Shown: positions 23,807-37,350, counted from the stretch's first letter. The stretch: DNA of 64,000 nt from Octopus sinensis (GCF_006345805.1 NC_043021.1:10478001-10542000); one strand, 5' to 3'. Numbers and translations are program-made. The notes: generated from the letters alone by a model not told the origin.

Positions 23807-24252
23807 TATAGGTGTAGGAGTGGCTGTGTGGTAAGTAGCTTGCTTATGAACCACATGGTTCTGGGTTCAGTCCCACTGCATGGCACCTTGGGCAAGTGTC
23901 GTCTACTATAGCCTCGGGCCGACCAAAGCCTTGTGAGTGGATTTGGTAGACGGAAACTGAAAGAAGCCCATCGTATATATGTATGTATATATACACACAC
24001 ACACACATATATGTATATATATATATATATATACATATATGTGTGTGTGTCTGTATTTGTCCCCCCCAACATCGCTTCACAACTGATGCTGATATGTTTA
24101 CGTCCCTGTAACTTAGTGGTTTGGCAAAAGAGACCGATAGAGTAAGTACTAGGCTTACAAAGAATAAGTCCTGGGGTCGATTTGCTCAACTAAAGGCGGT
24201 GCTCCAGCATGGTCACAGTCAAATGACTGAAACAAGTAAAAGAGTAAAAGAG
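23807..24252 (+). mobile_element. SINE family A, full length
   Basis: Complete head, core, microsatellite and tail. Confidence 0.9.
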
Positions 24253-25304
24253 TATATCAAAAATATACATAAACCAATGTGACCTTCCTTTTTTAAGGCA
24301 GTACGATTTGCTTTGATTGAGATTTGGCTGTTAATGCTGAGCCTCAGACCAGTTCTTGTCCAGCAAAGGCAATACCAAAGACGTTTCAGTAATGACCTCT
24401 CCACCTTTCACTCAGACAGGGTAACTAGGGCTACATTGGTTAAAGTGTTCTTCTTTTTAAAGATAGGAGGGTTTTGTTCCATGCAGATTTGGCTGTTGTT
24501 GCTCAGCGCCAGGTTAGTTTGGATCCAGCAGGGCATGATCAGAGAATAATGATCCTCCTGTCTTTCATTCAGACATAATGTAACGAGGACTACATTGTTT
24601 AAGGTACTCTCTTTTACTCTTTTACTTGTTTCAGTCATTTAACTGTGGCTTACAAAGAATAAGTCTTGAAGTCGATTTGTTTGACTAAAAGGTGGTGCTC
24701 CAGCATGGCTGCAGCCAAATTACTGAAACAAACAAAAGAATAAAAGGATATTGTAGAAGTTTATTGGACAAATTTTAACATCAAAATCTCACATGGACAC
24801 CCAGTAGTCCATAGGTAAAACAAAAAAAGTGGTTGAAAACCACTAGTTTCGTGGTTGAAATTAGTGGAGGGAGAAAAAAAATGCTAATAAGTAGAAAAGG
24901 TGTTAAGGTGGAAGAGAAACTGCAGAGGAGAGGATGAGGAGAGAAAAAGAGGCAGAGAAGTGGTAGATGGGAGTGGGTGGGCTAGCGAACATCACAAGTG
25001 GTGAGATGAAAACATGAATGAGAGGGTGATGATTGAAGTGCCCTGGGAACTGGCAGAGGGAAGGTGGGTACAAGTGGATTGATGGAAATGGTGAGGTGAG
25101 AGACTGACTGGAGTGAGTATAGAGATGAATGGATGGAGGAGTGATGATGGGTGAAGATGGAGCGATGGTGATAGGTCAATACAGCCTCTCATCTGGATAA
25201 TGTTTGCTCGTTTATGCAACCACTAGATGGCACTTCTCTTAGATGTTACCACATAATTACTGGAAAAAAAGAAAGGAATGAAATAAGGAATGCTTCATAA
25301 TCTC

Positions 25305-25685
25305 TTACCATTTACTCGTTTCAGTCATTAGATTGTGGCCATGCTGGGGCACTGCCACAAAGAATTTTTTTTTGCTTTAGTTGAATGAATCGACCTTAGT
25401 ACTTATTTTTCTGTTAAGCCTTGTACTTATTCTATTGGTCACTTTTGCCAAACTGTTAAGTTACAGGTACATAAGTAAACTAACACCCATTAGTTATTCA
25501 AGTGGTACTAGGGAGCAAACATGGACACAAAGACACACACACACACACACCAGCTTCTGTCTACCAAATCCACTCACAAGGCTGTGGTTGGCCTAAGGCT
25601 ATATAGTAGACGACAATTACCTAAGGTGCCATGCAGTGGGACTGAACATGGAACCATGTAGTTGGGAAGCAAGCTTTTTATCACA
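25305..25685 (-). mobile_element. SINE family A, diverged
   Basis: Reverse-complement family A motifs. Confidence 0.75.
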
Positions 25686-25804
25686 TATTTCTTTTCATTT
25701 ATTTGTCTCAACTTTATACTGTTCTGTTGATTCCAAGAAGAATGAAATAATGCTAAACATATCAACAACTAATAACTTGATCTTTAAGAAGAAAAAAAAA
25801 CATT

Positions 25805-26095
25805 AACGGATGAAAGGCAAAGTGGACCTTGGTGAAATTTGAACTCAGAACGTAAAGACAGATGAAATACCACTAAGAATTTTGCCTGGCATGTTAACAA
25901 TTCAGCCAGCTCGCTGCCTTAATAATAACAATAATAATAGTAATAATAATAACAATCCTAATTCTGTCTATTGTAAGCAGAAGGCCCGAAATTGTGAGGA
26001 GGGAAACAGTCTACTACATTGACCCCAGTATATGACTGGTTTTCTATTTTACTGACCCAGAAACATCAAAGGCAAAGCTAAGCTTGGCAGTGTCA
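25805..26095 (-). mobile_element. Two partial SINE family B copies separated by (AAT)n
   Basis: ggatgaaaggcaaagt...gaactcagaac motifs. Confidence 0.7.
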
Positions 26096-26241
26096 ATACC
26101 TATTGGTTTACTATAATGATTTCAACAACTGTTGCCAGTTTAAGAATGACATCTATTCACAGACGTGAAGGTTCTCTCTCGTATATTTGTTGACTTTGCA
26201 GTAAACATGCTATTTTGTTGGGTTTTCATGCATGCTTACAT

Positions 26242-26282
<41 letters not shown>

Positions 26283-26639
26283 CTCTCTCTCTCTTTCATA
26301 TGAATGAGTAGGTAGGGGTGGCCATATAGCTGTGTGGTCCTTACGAAACAAACAGTCCACAGTTTTTGTTGTCTTTTTTTTCTTGCTACTATTTCCTACT
26401 TAACTTTTTTTTTCTCTTTATATTTTTGCATTTTAAATATATATTTTTTTTACTCCCATTTTTCATATTTATGACTGGTGTAGATATCATTTATTATTAT
26501 TATTATTATTATTTTGTGGGGACAAGATTGTTTCTACAAGTAAGTACAGATAACCATTCCTACTGCTAAGTACTGAACTGTAAAGTCGGAAATGGACAGA
26601 CACATATATACACACACATGCCCAGGCATTGGTGTTATG

Positions 26640-26890
26640 ATCATCATCATCATTGTCATCATCACCATTATCATCTTCGTCTTCATCATCCCCATCTAAT
26701 GTTTCTTTTTCTATGCTGGCATGAGTGGAATGGTTCGACATGAACAGACGAACCGGAGGACTGTGCCGAGCTCCAATCTCTGCTTTAACCTGATTTCTAC
26801 TGCTGGATGCTCTTTCTAGTGCTGACCATTTCACAGAGTGTAGTGCCTGTTTTTTTCGTGTTGCCAGCACTGGTGGAGTCACCAAGTACC
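26640..26890 (-). mobile_element. RTE 3' tail element, diverged
   Basis: (CAT)n-rich run then ttctatgctggcatgagtgg...tttctactgctggatgc. Confidence 0.65.
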
Positions 26891-27224
26891 TGCAAGACAA
26901 GGTACCCCCACCCTTCAACCAGCATAAAACCACCTTCCCCTCTACTACAACCGCACTTAGTTAACAGATCTTCTTCTCCTTTCACTTGCAAGTTACTTAG
27001 CAACCTCACCAGTGCCATTGTTCACCCTGCTGCCAAGAAAAAGCACTCAATACACGCTGTAAGGTGTTATGGTATCCATCTGTGGAAACCATGTCAAAGG
27101 AGATACTATTGTCATATTTGTATTTGTTGAACTGTAAGTCTATTGACGTAAAGAACATGAAACAGCTTTGTTTTTCTATTTCTGTCTATTTCTGTTTTTC
27201 TATTTCTTATGCCTGTGCTAGTAG

Positions 27225-27592
27225 GGTGCCAAGAACACCATCCGATTGTGATCGTTGCCAGAGCAGCCAACTGGCTTCCGTACCCGTGGCACGTAAAAGG
27301 GCACCATTCGAGCGTGATCATTGCTTCACTGGCACCTCTGTCGGTGGCACGTGTAAAAGATTCAAGCAAGGTCATTGCCAGTACCGCCTGACTGGCCCCC
27401 GTGCAGGTGGCACGTAAAACGCACCCACTACACTTTCAGAGTGGTTGGCGTTAGGAAGGGCATCCAGCTGTAGAAACTCTGCCAGATCAAGACTGGAGCC
27501 TGGTGCAGCCATCTGGTTGCCAGCCCTCAGTCAAAACCGTCCAACCCATGCCAGCATGGAAAACGGATGTTAAACGATGATGATGATGATGA
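27225..27592 (+). mobile_element. RTE 3' tail element with hairpin modules
   Basis: gccagtaccgcctgactggc / gtgcaggtggcac modules, cacccactacact, ...cggatgttaaacgatgatgat. Confidence 0.85.
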
Positions 27593-27695
27593 TATAAGGC
27601 TGATTTTTCTTCTATAAGGATTGATGTATATTTGATAATGATTATTTTATTATTAATTACTGTTACTTAATTCTTTTTCTTTTCTTTGATTTCAG

Positions 27696-27753
27696 AGCTT
27701 CCCTCGAAGATGCTGAAAATGATATCGAACTACTGGAAGTTAGATTGGAGAAG
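27696..27753 (+). CDS. ACAP: ACAP (centaurin-beta) Arf-GAP exon, BAR domain: (R)ASLEDAENDIELLEVRLEK
   Basis: Long pyrimidine tract + ttcAG acceptor, AAG|gtaaga donor; resembles ACAP2 RAALEEVEGDVAELELKLDK; in frame with the next exon. Confidence 0.9.
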
Positions 27754-27959
27754 GTAAGACTTTAGTCTCCTCCACTAGATGCCACTGATCCCTTTTATTT
27801 TTCATTTTGCCATAACCCTATGTCACTTTAAGACTACTTAACTCCAACCCTATTTCTTCTATCTATTTCTGTGTTCCATGTTGTTTAATATTTTGTAGCG
27901 TTGGTTTTATTTTCCTTGGTTTGAGGTTCATTACAGGAGAGGATGATCATTGATGTCCT

Positions 27960-28370
27960 ATGCTCCTCCAAGGAGTATAGGCCATCAGTGATCTCCCATT
28001 ACTTGTCTCTGTCCAGGGTCTTCCATTCCAATTGTCCCCAGTTCCATCCACATTTTCTCACTTTTTGCGATGTTACCAGGTATTTAGGAACCTTCTTTTC
28101 CTTTAATCCAAGATAATCCCCCCAGAGAGATTACCATGGATGACATTGTGTTGGGGCCTTCTAATGTTGTGTTCAATCAAGTGCCACTTTTCTCGCTTGA
28201 TCTCTCTATTGTGTCTGCTACTGAGCACTAATTCACTTGTCAAAAGCCTCAGTTGTCCTACTTTGAGCCATTGTACTTCACTCAGTCACAGGTTGTATCT
28301 CTTGCATTTGACAGTGACTTTTGCCACTCTCATACCTGGTTCTAATATTCTATGAAACAGTGGTGGTTTT
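27960..28370 (-). mobile_element. Decayed RTE LINE C-terminal fragment
   Basis: Minus strand has a W...DR..W-like RTE end (tggaatggaagaccctggacagagacaag). Confidence 0.5.
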
Positions 28371-28778
28371 AATATGTCTGTCAAGGAAGTTAAATTCCTT
28401 TCCAGTATAGCTCTCCGGGTTACAGAATCATGCAAACTCCCCTACCATCACAAAGGACGGAATTAGAGCAGTGAATTCAATTAATTTCCTTGTATAATCA
28501 CTGGTCTTGTGAGACAGATCAGGATGTGACTTTTAACTGCATCTGGTAGCGGGGCTCTGGTTTGGTAGTCCTTAAGCTTTGAGGAGTGTGGAACCACTTC
28601 TTAGCCTCTATTGTTCTCAGGTCTACTCTGACCTAGAGTAGTTGCATCTACCAAGGTAGGTCCCAACTAACCTAAGTTAGTTATGTTAACTAACATATTA
28701 GCACCTGAGCCTGAGTGTATAGAATTCATGGGATGCAGCATGGTGGATGTGAACTATTTTGGCAAATAAATATATTAA

Positions 28779-28999
28779 CCCTTTCATTACCAGCCCGGCC
28801 AAAACCAGCTCTGGCTCTGTAATACAAATGTCTTGTTTTCATAAGTTTTGAATTAAAATCTTCCACCAAACCTTAGTCACAATTTATGTTCCTAATACTA
28901 GCTGAATGATAACTAAGTTATTTTACTAAATTCTTTGTTATATTTAAAGTAATTGAAAGAAACACGAAGCATCTCAAAATAAATACAGTAACAAAAGGG
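28779..28999 (-). mobile_element. piggyBac-type MITE B, intact, 221 bp
   Basis: TTAA on both sides; reverse complement of 10337-10557. Confidence 0.9.
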
Positions 29000-29650
29000 T
29001 TAAGTCAGTGAGACAACAAACTGTCAATGACCGGTCAATCAACCAGTTCAGTTAGTGAACTATTGCTGTCATTTGTAGTTGTGGTGTGCATAGACATTTC
29101 AGCCAGCAAGATCAATGTGATTAAAAGCCAAGCCAGTTGGCTACGTTACTTTCCTTCATTGGTACATTTACTGTGGAAGAGTTGCATTGGTCTGGGCAAA
29201 TCACCAGTTGATGATGATCACTAGTACTTATTACTGTTACATTTTATTTATGAGTCTTGCGAGAATGAGTCAGAATTCCATTTCCAGGTTTTATATCAAC
29301 CCAGAACTAAAAGGGTCAGAGCTAAATATTATAGTTTCCATCACTGTTATACTGTTTGGTGTTGGTGATTTTAATTGTCATCTAGAACTTGCATGTGAAT
29401 TTAGCTCAATGATAGGCTTGTTACTCACCTTGTTTCATCCTCAATGCCCTCAGTTCATTACCAGTTGTTGTTTTATTGTTGTCCATCCTGAGATGTGCAG
29501 TTTAATAACAGGCATGGACAAGCCTTTTTGAGGATGTTAAATGATGATGAATGTATATACACAGAGCCCTACTGCTGTCGGGGAAATAGTATTGCTGCTC
29601 AATATGCAAAATAGGTGTCAGTAGCAATTGTATTTGATGCACCCAGTTTA

Positions 29651-30152
29651 CAGTGAACCCTTGTTTATTGCGGTAGATTGGTTCCGAGACCGGCCGCGAT
29701 AACTGAATTTCTGCGATGTAGGGACACCATATTTACATTGTTTGTTTAACGTGTATTTGGACTTTTAAAACCCTCCCTATACTGTTAACAACTCGCCCAT
29801 TACAGTAGTCTATTAATAATAAGGACAACCGTTAAGCAATAACACTTTAGATTTTAAAAAAATAAAGATTGTTACTGTTACACAGGCCAGATTACAAAAT
29901 AGAAAGCTGTGATTCGTCGTCTTTCTCCATTGCACGAATCATAGCCAGTCTTAAGTTCAAATACCCTTGTATATGCTTTTTTGCTATTTTACGCTTGTTT
30001 TGTTGTTCCTAGACTAGGAAATAATATTTATTATTAATATTTTAATGGATTTGGTGAAAAATTTTAAGCGTTCATATATATATATATATTTTAAAAATCT
30101 GCGAAGTTGTGAATCTGCGATAGTTGAACCGCGAAGTAGCGAGGGATCACTG
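29651..30152. mobile_element. pogo/Tigger-like MITE
   Basis: TA|cagtgaacccttg... and ...cgagggatcactg|TA: imperfect ~24-bp TIRs with a TA duplication. Confidence 0.8.
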
Positions 30153-30179
30153 TAAACTGTAGATGCACAAGAAATGCAG

Positions 30180-30790
30180 ATGGACAATAGGTAGGCTAAT
30201 GGAGAAGGTAAACTTCACATGTGAGTGGTGCAAAGGGTCAGTAAGTACTAAACCACATGCAAAACTGACTCCCTCTAATATTTCTAGAAGTAGTATATAG
30301 TTTTGTTATCTAGGGGACCTAATTATTATTAGAGGTGGGCGTATTGAATATTTAGTAGCCAGAGTGAGAACTGTTTAGAAAAAGTTCAAAGAGGACCTCT
30401 TTTAGCAACAAAGAGCTTCTCTTTCAGCGTGAAGGGTGGACTGTATAATGCTTGTATGTGAAGCACAATGCTGCATTATAGTGAGGGATAGTCCTTGAAT
30501 GATGAGGATTTGTGTAGGCTAGAAAGACACAAAGAAACTATACTCTGCTGGGTGTGCTGAGAGAAAAACTGAAAACAAGAGGAATCAGAAATAGTGTGCA
30601 AGAGAGAAGACTGCATTGGTAAGGGCACATGATAAATAAGACTGAGGGGAATTCTATAAAGAAGTGTTGCACTGTCAGTGGAGGGGAACTTATGGGAAAG
30701 AGAGCTCAGGGAGGACTTGGGATGATGCAAAGGGTGAGGAAATACTAAAGGCACATGCAGAATTGACTCACTCCAATACTCCTAGAAGTT
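30180..30790 (+). mobile_element. Decayed RTE LINE ORF2 C-terminal fragment
   Basis: Colinear with 7180-7720 (tagaagtagt..tagttttgttatctagg; gtgaagggtggactgtataatgcttgt). Confidence 0.7.
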
Positions 30791-31927
30791 GCAGATAGTG
30801 TTTGTGGGTGCGAAACAATGGGTAACTCTATATAAAATTTGTTATTATACACACGCACACGTGTGTGTGCCTTTGTGTCTGTGCCCACCCACCACTTGAC
30901 AGCCAGCTAAGTTATGTCCCCGTAACTTAGCAGTTCAGCCAAGGGGACTGATAGAATAAGTACCAGGCTTTAGAAAATTAAGTCCTGGGACTGATACATT
31001 TGACTAATTATTATTATTATTAGTCTCTTGAATCTGAGAAAGATGGTTCCACAATCTCTTGCTGAACAACCTACATAGGTGATTAGATTGTGATCAAATA
31101 TTTCTGCTGCACATCATCTCAGTCTCTTCATCAAATTCACATTACCTGTACAGTTACATTGTGTGCCACACCTAATATATAAAAGTGAAACGAAGTGTTT
31201 TGCTGAAGAACACAGCGCACCACCTGGTCCAGAAATTGAACCCATGATCTCATGATCACGAGTGCAGTATCCTACCCACTGGGCCATGTATTCTCACAGG
31301 ATAGAGTTAGTGATGTCATAACTATGGCACAGGACACATAGTTATGACATAGAGCAGCATTACAGTCATGTCTTAACCATGACATGGCAGTGGTACGCTC
31401 GTGTCTCATGTCCTGAGATGTAGAACAGTATTACAACAATGTGGCAAAGAAAACAAATTTAGAACAAGGGGTATAAGTATAGGTGTGGTAATTAAGATAA
31501 TCACATGCTAATTAGGATAATACTGGTACTAATTAAGATAATGGTGGTGCTAATTGCAGTGGTGATGAAGATGATGGTGATGATTATGATGGAACAGTTG
31601 GGTTTACTCTTCTCAGACACATCTGGTTTGAGTCAATGAGTGAATTTCTTGTGGTAGCTCTCAACTTGTACAAATTACAGCAAATTCCTCCTCAAGTTAC
31701 GACTTGCCATTAAAAATATAAAACAACTACAAAAAAAAAAAGGAAAAACTCAGAACAATGCTATAGCTGATGAAAAGGGCTGACCTGGGGTTAAATAGCA
31801 ATAACATAGCATGAGTGACATAGTACATTATGTTATAGAATCTTAGTCCTGCTGGAACAGAGCTGGCCTGGAGTTAGAAAGCATACAACAGGAGAGGGGT
31901 TATTTATTCTGCTGATCTTTGGAAATC

Positions 31928-32360
31928 ATCATCATCATCATCATCTTCGTTTAACATCTGCTTTCCATGCTAGCATGGGTTGGACGATTTGACTGATGGC
32001 TGGCGAACCAGATGGCTGCACCAGGCTTCAGTCTTGATCTGGCAGAGTTTCTACAGCGGGATGCCCTTCCTAACGCCAACCACTCCGAGAGTATAGTGGG
32101 TGCTTTTACGTGCTACCGACACAGGGGCCAGTCAGGCGGTACTGGCAATGTCCTCACTCGAATCTTTTTACACATGCCACCGGCACAGGTGCCAGTAAGG
32201 TGATGCTGGTAACGATCCCGCTCAAATGGTGCCTTTTACATGCCACTGGCACGGAAGCCAGTTAGCCGCTCTGGAAACAGTCATGCTCGGATGATGCTCT
32301 TAGCACCCTACTAGCACGGGGCTCAAGTGCCAGTAAGGCGACGCTGGTAACGATCACTAT
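31928..32360 (-). mobile_element. RTE 3' tail element with hairpin modules
   Basis: Reverse complement of the 27225-27592 and 38700-39146 type. Confidence 0.85.
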
Positions 32361-32372
32361 GCTGGAATGCGG

Positions 32373-32712
32373 AAGACGCATAGCTCAGTGGTTAGAGTGT
32401 TGGGCTCACAATCATGAGGTAGTGAGTTCGGTTCTTGGACCAGGCTGTGTGTTGTGTTCTTGAGCAAGACACTTTATTTCATATCGCTCCAGTTTACTCA
32501 GCTGTAGAAATGAGTTGCGACATCACTGGGGCCAAGCTGTATTGTCCTTTGCCTTCTCCCTTGGATAACATCAGTGGTGTGGAAAGGTGTGGCTGGTATG
32601 CATGGGCAACTGCTGGACTTCCATAAACAACCTTGCTCAGTCTTGTACCTCGGAGGGTAACTTTCTAGGTGCAATTTCATGGTCATTCATAACTGAAGGG
32701 GGGCGTCTTTAC
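32373..32712 (+). mobile_element. SINE family C, full length
   Basis: tagctcagtggttagagtg A box, gagttcggttc B box, gtgttcttgagcaagacactt domain. Confidence 0.85.
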
Positions 32713-33331
32713 CCTTTACAAGGAATGTAAACCTGACACCACCATTTTGCTCAGATGGTGTCATGCAAAGATAGAATGCAAAAAATTCACGTGTGCGCAC
32801 CCCTCCCCCCACACTCATTCACTCACTAGTTGGTCCAAAATTCATGCAGCGAAATAGAACCCACAAACATATGGTTATGAAGCAAACTCCATATCCAAAC
32901 AACTATGCTGAGATGACTGGCAGTTTGTTGTGCTCAAGAAGACTCGTCCACCTTGGCAAAAATGAGCTCCTAAAAGCTCGTAATTTTGCCTATATGCACC
33001 CCCATCCATTTAAGCTGTTTCCACAACTCATCTTCCCAACACTATACCTCCATCACTCTTCTAACTGCAGCACCATCTTGGCTGTTGTAATTATAATCAA
33101 ATGAGAGGAACACATTTCATCCCCTACACTTTTGTGCTCCCAGTTGCCTCTCTCCTTGGAGCCACCTCTCTTTGGCAACCACCTTGCACTTTCAATATTA
33201 ACCCCATATTATTGAACACTATTTCATAATGGCCATGACCCTCACCTCCCATCCCGTTCATCATTTTCTGCAAATACAGAATCCATAAAAAAGATGTATA
33301 CACACTTCAAGAAAGGAAAAATCAGTATAAA

Positions 33332-33772
33332 TCTATACATATAAAGCTGAAGTTGTATGTGTGTGTGTGGCAGGTTTGGTAGCCTTCAACTAACACTATC
33401 TCCTCCGAGACCCTGTGGTGCAAATTGACCAAAATTGAGAGTATGATAGAAGGTTTGCTCTTCATTCCGTAGAAGAAAAAATTCAAATTGGTCCATGTCC
33501 AGACCAAAAATTATTTACATCAAAAAGGTGCTTTTTTTCTTATGAAAATCCCTATTTTTTACGATTTTTTTGACTGCTGTGTCACCATTTTTCGGTGTAT
33601 TTCAACCAGAAAAATGTTTACTTAAAGAGAATAGCAAGCTACATAATGCAAAATTTTTACTTTTCAAAATAGACTGAAACTATGTCAAAACTTCAACACG
33701 ACATCAAAGTCTGCTGCCGTTTTAAGCGCAACTAAAAAACAAAACCCGAGCAACGCCGGGCTATACTGCTAG
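33332..33772 (+). mobile_element. Non-autonomous Helitron
   Basis: A|TC start, cccg-agcaacgc-cggg hairpin at 33745-33760, CTAG|T end. Confidence 0.85.
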
Positions 33773-34297
33773 TATATATACATATATATATATATATAAC
33801 ATTTATCTACATGGTTTCTAAATTCCACACTTAGAAGGCATCAACCTACCTGAGACTCTGCTAAAAGACGTTTGTTCATAGTTTCTGCACAATGGAATCA
33901 AAAATCCTGGAAACTACATCGTTAGAAACTGAACTTCCTAACCACACAGCAATGCCTACAACACCTATGTTTGAACTATGTTATCGTGATGGCTCTTTAA
34001 TTCCGTGTAAACATTTCCTCTCCAAAGTATTTCTGCTGCCTTTGTGGGACAAAGGTTTGTCTGTTAACTTTGGCAGGTCTCATTGCTTGCTTTACTGATA
34101 GAAATCAGAGAGAGAGCTGTTTTCTTATTTAATCCTAACAATTTGGTGTAAAGGCGAATGTACATAATAGGCTGCATTTGTTTTCACACTCATTATACAA
34201 CCACTCACGTGCACCACACACACACACACATACATGCAAACACCTCACAAACACCCCCACTGTGTGTGTGTGTGTATATGTATATGCATATATATGT

Positions 34298-34535
34298 AGA
34301 GGCGGCGAGCTGGCAGAAATGTTAGCACGCCGGGCGAAATGCTTAGCGGTATTTCGTCTGTCGCTACGTTGTGAGTTCAAATTCCGCTGAGGTCGACTTT
34401 GCCTTTCATCCTTTCAGGGTCGATAAATAAAGTACCAGTTACGCACTGGGGTCGATGTAATCGACTTAATACCTATGTCTGTCCTTGTTTGTCCCCTCTA
34501 TGTTTAGCCCCTTGTGGGTAATAAAGAAATAGGTA
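34298..34535 (+). mobile_element. SINE family B, near consensus
   Basis: Full head and central domain with many intact CpGs. Confidence 0.9.
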
Positions 34536-34642
34536 TGGTGATGCAAACAGGAAAAATAGAACTTAAAATATGAGTATTTGTATATTTTTATTAATATTTA
34601 GCGGAAGCAGCGAAGTGATTCATACACATGTACTAAAAAACA

Positions 34643-35365
34643 CAGGCGTGGCTGTGTGGTAAGATGCTTGCTTCCCAACCACATGGTTCTGGGTTCAGTC
34701 TCACTGCAAGGCGCCTTGGGCAAGTGTCTTTTACTATAGCCTCATGCCGACAAAAGCCTTGTGAGTGGATTTGGTAGGTGGAAACTGAAAGAAGCCCATC
34801 GTGTATATATATGTTTGTTTCCCACCACCATCACTTGACAACTGATGTTGGTGTGTTTACATCTCCGTAACTTAGTGGCTTGGTAAAAGAGACCGATAGA
34901 ATATGTAATAGGCTTACAAAGAATAAGTCCTAGGGTTGATTTGATCGACTAATTCCCTTTAAAGCAGTGCTCTAGCATGACCACAGTCAAATGACTGAAG
35001 CAAATAAAAGAATATATGTGTATATAGGTGTAGGAGTGGCTGTGTGGTAAATAGCTTGCTTACCAACCACATGGTTCCAGGTTCAGTTTCACTGCATGGC
35101 ACCTTGGGCAAGTGTCTTCTATTATAGTCTCGGGCCGACAAAAGCCTTGTTAGTGGATTTGGTAGACAGAAACTGAAAGAAGCCCGTCCTATATATGTGT
35201 GTGTGTCTGTGTGTCTGTTTGCCCCTGCCCCACCAGTTCAGCAAAAGAACCTGATAGTGTAAGTACTAGGCTTACAAAAGAATAAGTCCTGTGGTCAATT
35301 CATTCGGCTAAAGGCAGTGCTCCAGCATGGCTGAAGTCACATGACTGAGACAAATTAAAGAAAAG
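34643..35365 (+). mobile_element. Two tandem SINE family A copies (34643-34992, 35025-35365)
   Basis: Two heads, cores and tails. Confidence 0.85.
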
Positions 35366-36200
35366 GAAATACAAATAAAAAAAAAGGTATGGTGATGCAA
35401 ACAGGAAAATAGAATTCAAAATATGACTATATGTATATTTTTATTAATATTTATCAGTAGTAACAGTATAATTCACATTCATGTACAAAAAGGCTCACAC
35501 ATATTTGATTTCTCTCTCTCTTTAATATATATACTGAGAGATATATTTAGCCTGGTACATACAAAGACTTGTAACGCATGCATATGCTTAGACTTGTACG
35601 TATATATTTTCGTATAAGGATATACGCAAACCATGTCAATAGATATATGCTTGTGCACACATGCACAACATATGCATTCATTCTCATCTATTTTTGTTAT
35701 TTACCTAATTATGAGAATTTCCTCAAAGCTTACTTATGATACATCTGGCCTCAGCTGCCATTTCTCACCTCTGACCTTCTTCATGTCATATCTGATCCTG
35801 TTTACATTGAGACTATGTAATTACAAACCTAGGGACGTGTGTGTGTGTGTGTGTGCATGTATGTATATGTCAGGTCACTGTTATTGTTACTACGTATTAA
35901 GAACAGGTAATATTAATACCAAGAGGTAGTATTTATCCCCACTTAAAGACGGATGTTCTGTTAGAACAAACTATACTGTGGTAGATACCACGAGAGACAC
36001 TCTCATATAGGCTTTTGGTGCAAAATGTATGTTTGTGCATAATGCACACTTGATGGACTTCTAGTTAAGTTTTCATTTTGTTGGTGTCCTAGGTTATGAT
36101 GTTGCTTTTGTGTAGTAGTTAGCTCATCTGTACTTTTAGCAACAAATGCAATATTTCCTGTAACATTGTCTGTTGAATCCAACAGTTTCAACTTGTCATC

Positions 36201-36284
<84 letters not shown>

Positions 36285-36619
36285 CATATAGAGGGCATAT
36301 ATATGTGGATTTTTTCTCTTATAATATAAATATATTTAAGTGAAAAAATTGGTGGATTTTTTCTCTTATGAAGTTTTTCATACTAACTACTTGATAAATT
36401 CTTATAAAGATTTTATCCTATTTTTAAATTGTAAAATATATATATGTATGATGGACTCTCCCATCAGTAGATGACTTATGAGGGTTTCGACAATTTCTTA
36501 CCAAACAGCCACACAGACAATTTGTTTATAGTGATCAAATGTTTGTGTAGACATAAGCTCACTCCCTCCATCACTTCGACATTACCTGTACAGGTGCAAA
36601 AGGTGCCATATGCTAGATG

Positions 36620-37045
36620 TCGAAATGATTGCAGAGCAATGTGAAATGAAGTGCTTTGCTCAAGAACACAATGTAAAAAACACCATTCGAGCATGATTGT
36701 TACCAGCGCCACTTTACTGGCACTTGTGCCAGTGGCACATTGAAAACAACATTCGAGCGAGGTCACTGCCAATGCCGCTGGACTGGCTCCTGTGCAGGTG
36801 GCACATAAAAGATACCATTTGAGTGTGGCTGTTGCCAGTACCGCCTGACTGGTCCTCGTGCCGGTGGCACGTAAAAGCACCCACTACACTCTCAGAGTGG
36901 TTGGCATTAGGAAGGGCATCCAGCTGTAGGAACTCTGTCAGATCAGATTGGAGCCTGTTGCAGCCATCTGGTTCGCCAGTCCTCAGTCAAACCGTCTGAC
37001 CCATGACAGCATGGAAAGCGGACGTTAAATGACGATGATGATGTA
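36620..37045 (+). mobile_element. RTE 3' tail element with hairpin modules
   Basis: Modules, cacccactacact, catggaaagcggacgttaaatgacgatgatg. Confidence 0.85.
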
Positions 37046-37350
37046 TGTAGTATTCTGTTCAGATTCATATGTCAGTATATGAAATATAATTTTATACTTA
37101 TAAGAAATTAACCGTGAGTTATTGGCAGTTTTTTTGCAGCCCTTCAAAGCTATTATCCTCATTTATTTAACTTGTCTAGCTGAGTCTGTTTTACCTTGCT
37201 ACCCAACATACCTATCAGGAGTAGCTATAACTACTTCAACATTTCCGAAACTCAGTGATGTGTATGTGTAGTCAGCTCTGTAATATTGCAATTATTTTGA
37301 CTATGTTATGAATTTATAATTGTTTTGTTCTTTTCCACTGTATTCCACAG

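Noticed and set aside
24290-24610. Degenerate ~165-bp tandem duplication
   Set aside because: Real but old, and built from a common dispersed motif (gagatttggctg) seen elsewhere in the window. No added structure.
1-27695. First coding exon of ACAP (expected ...DFEECLKDSPxFR)
   Set aside because: No matching peptide with a phase-2 donor was found by eye. It is probably upstream of the window, but I may have missed it.
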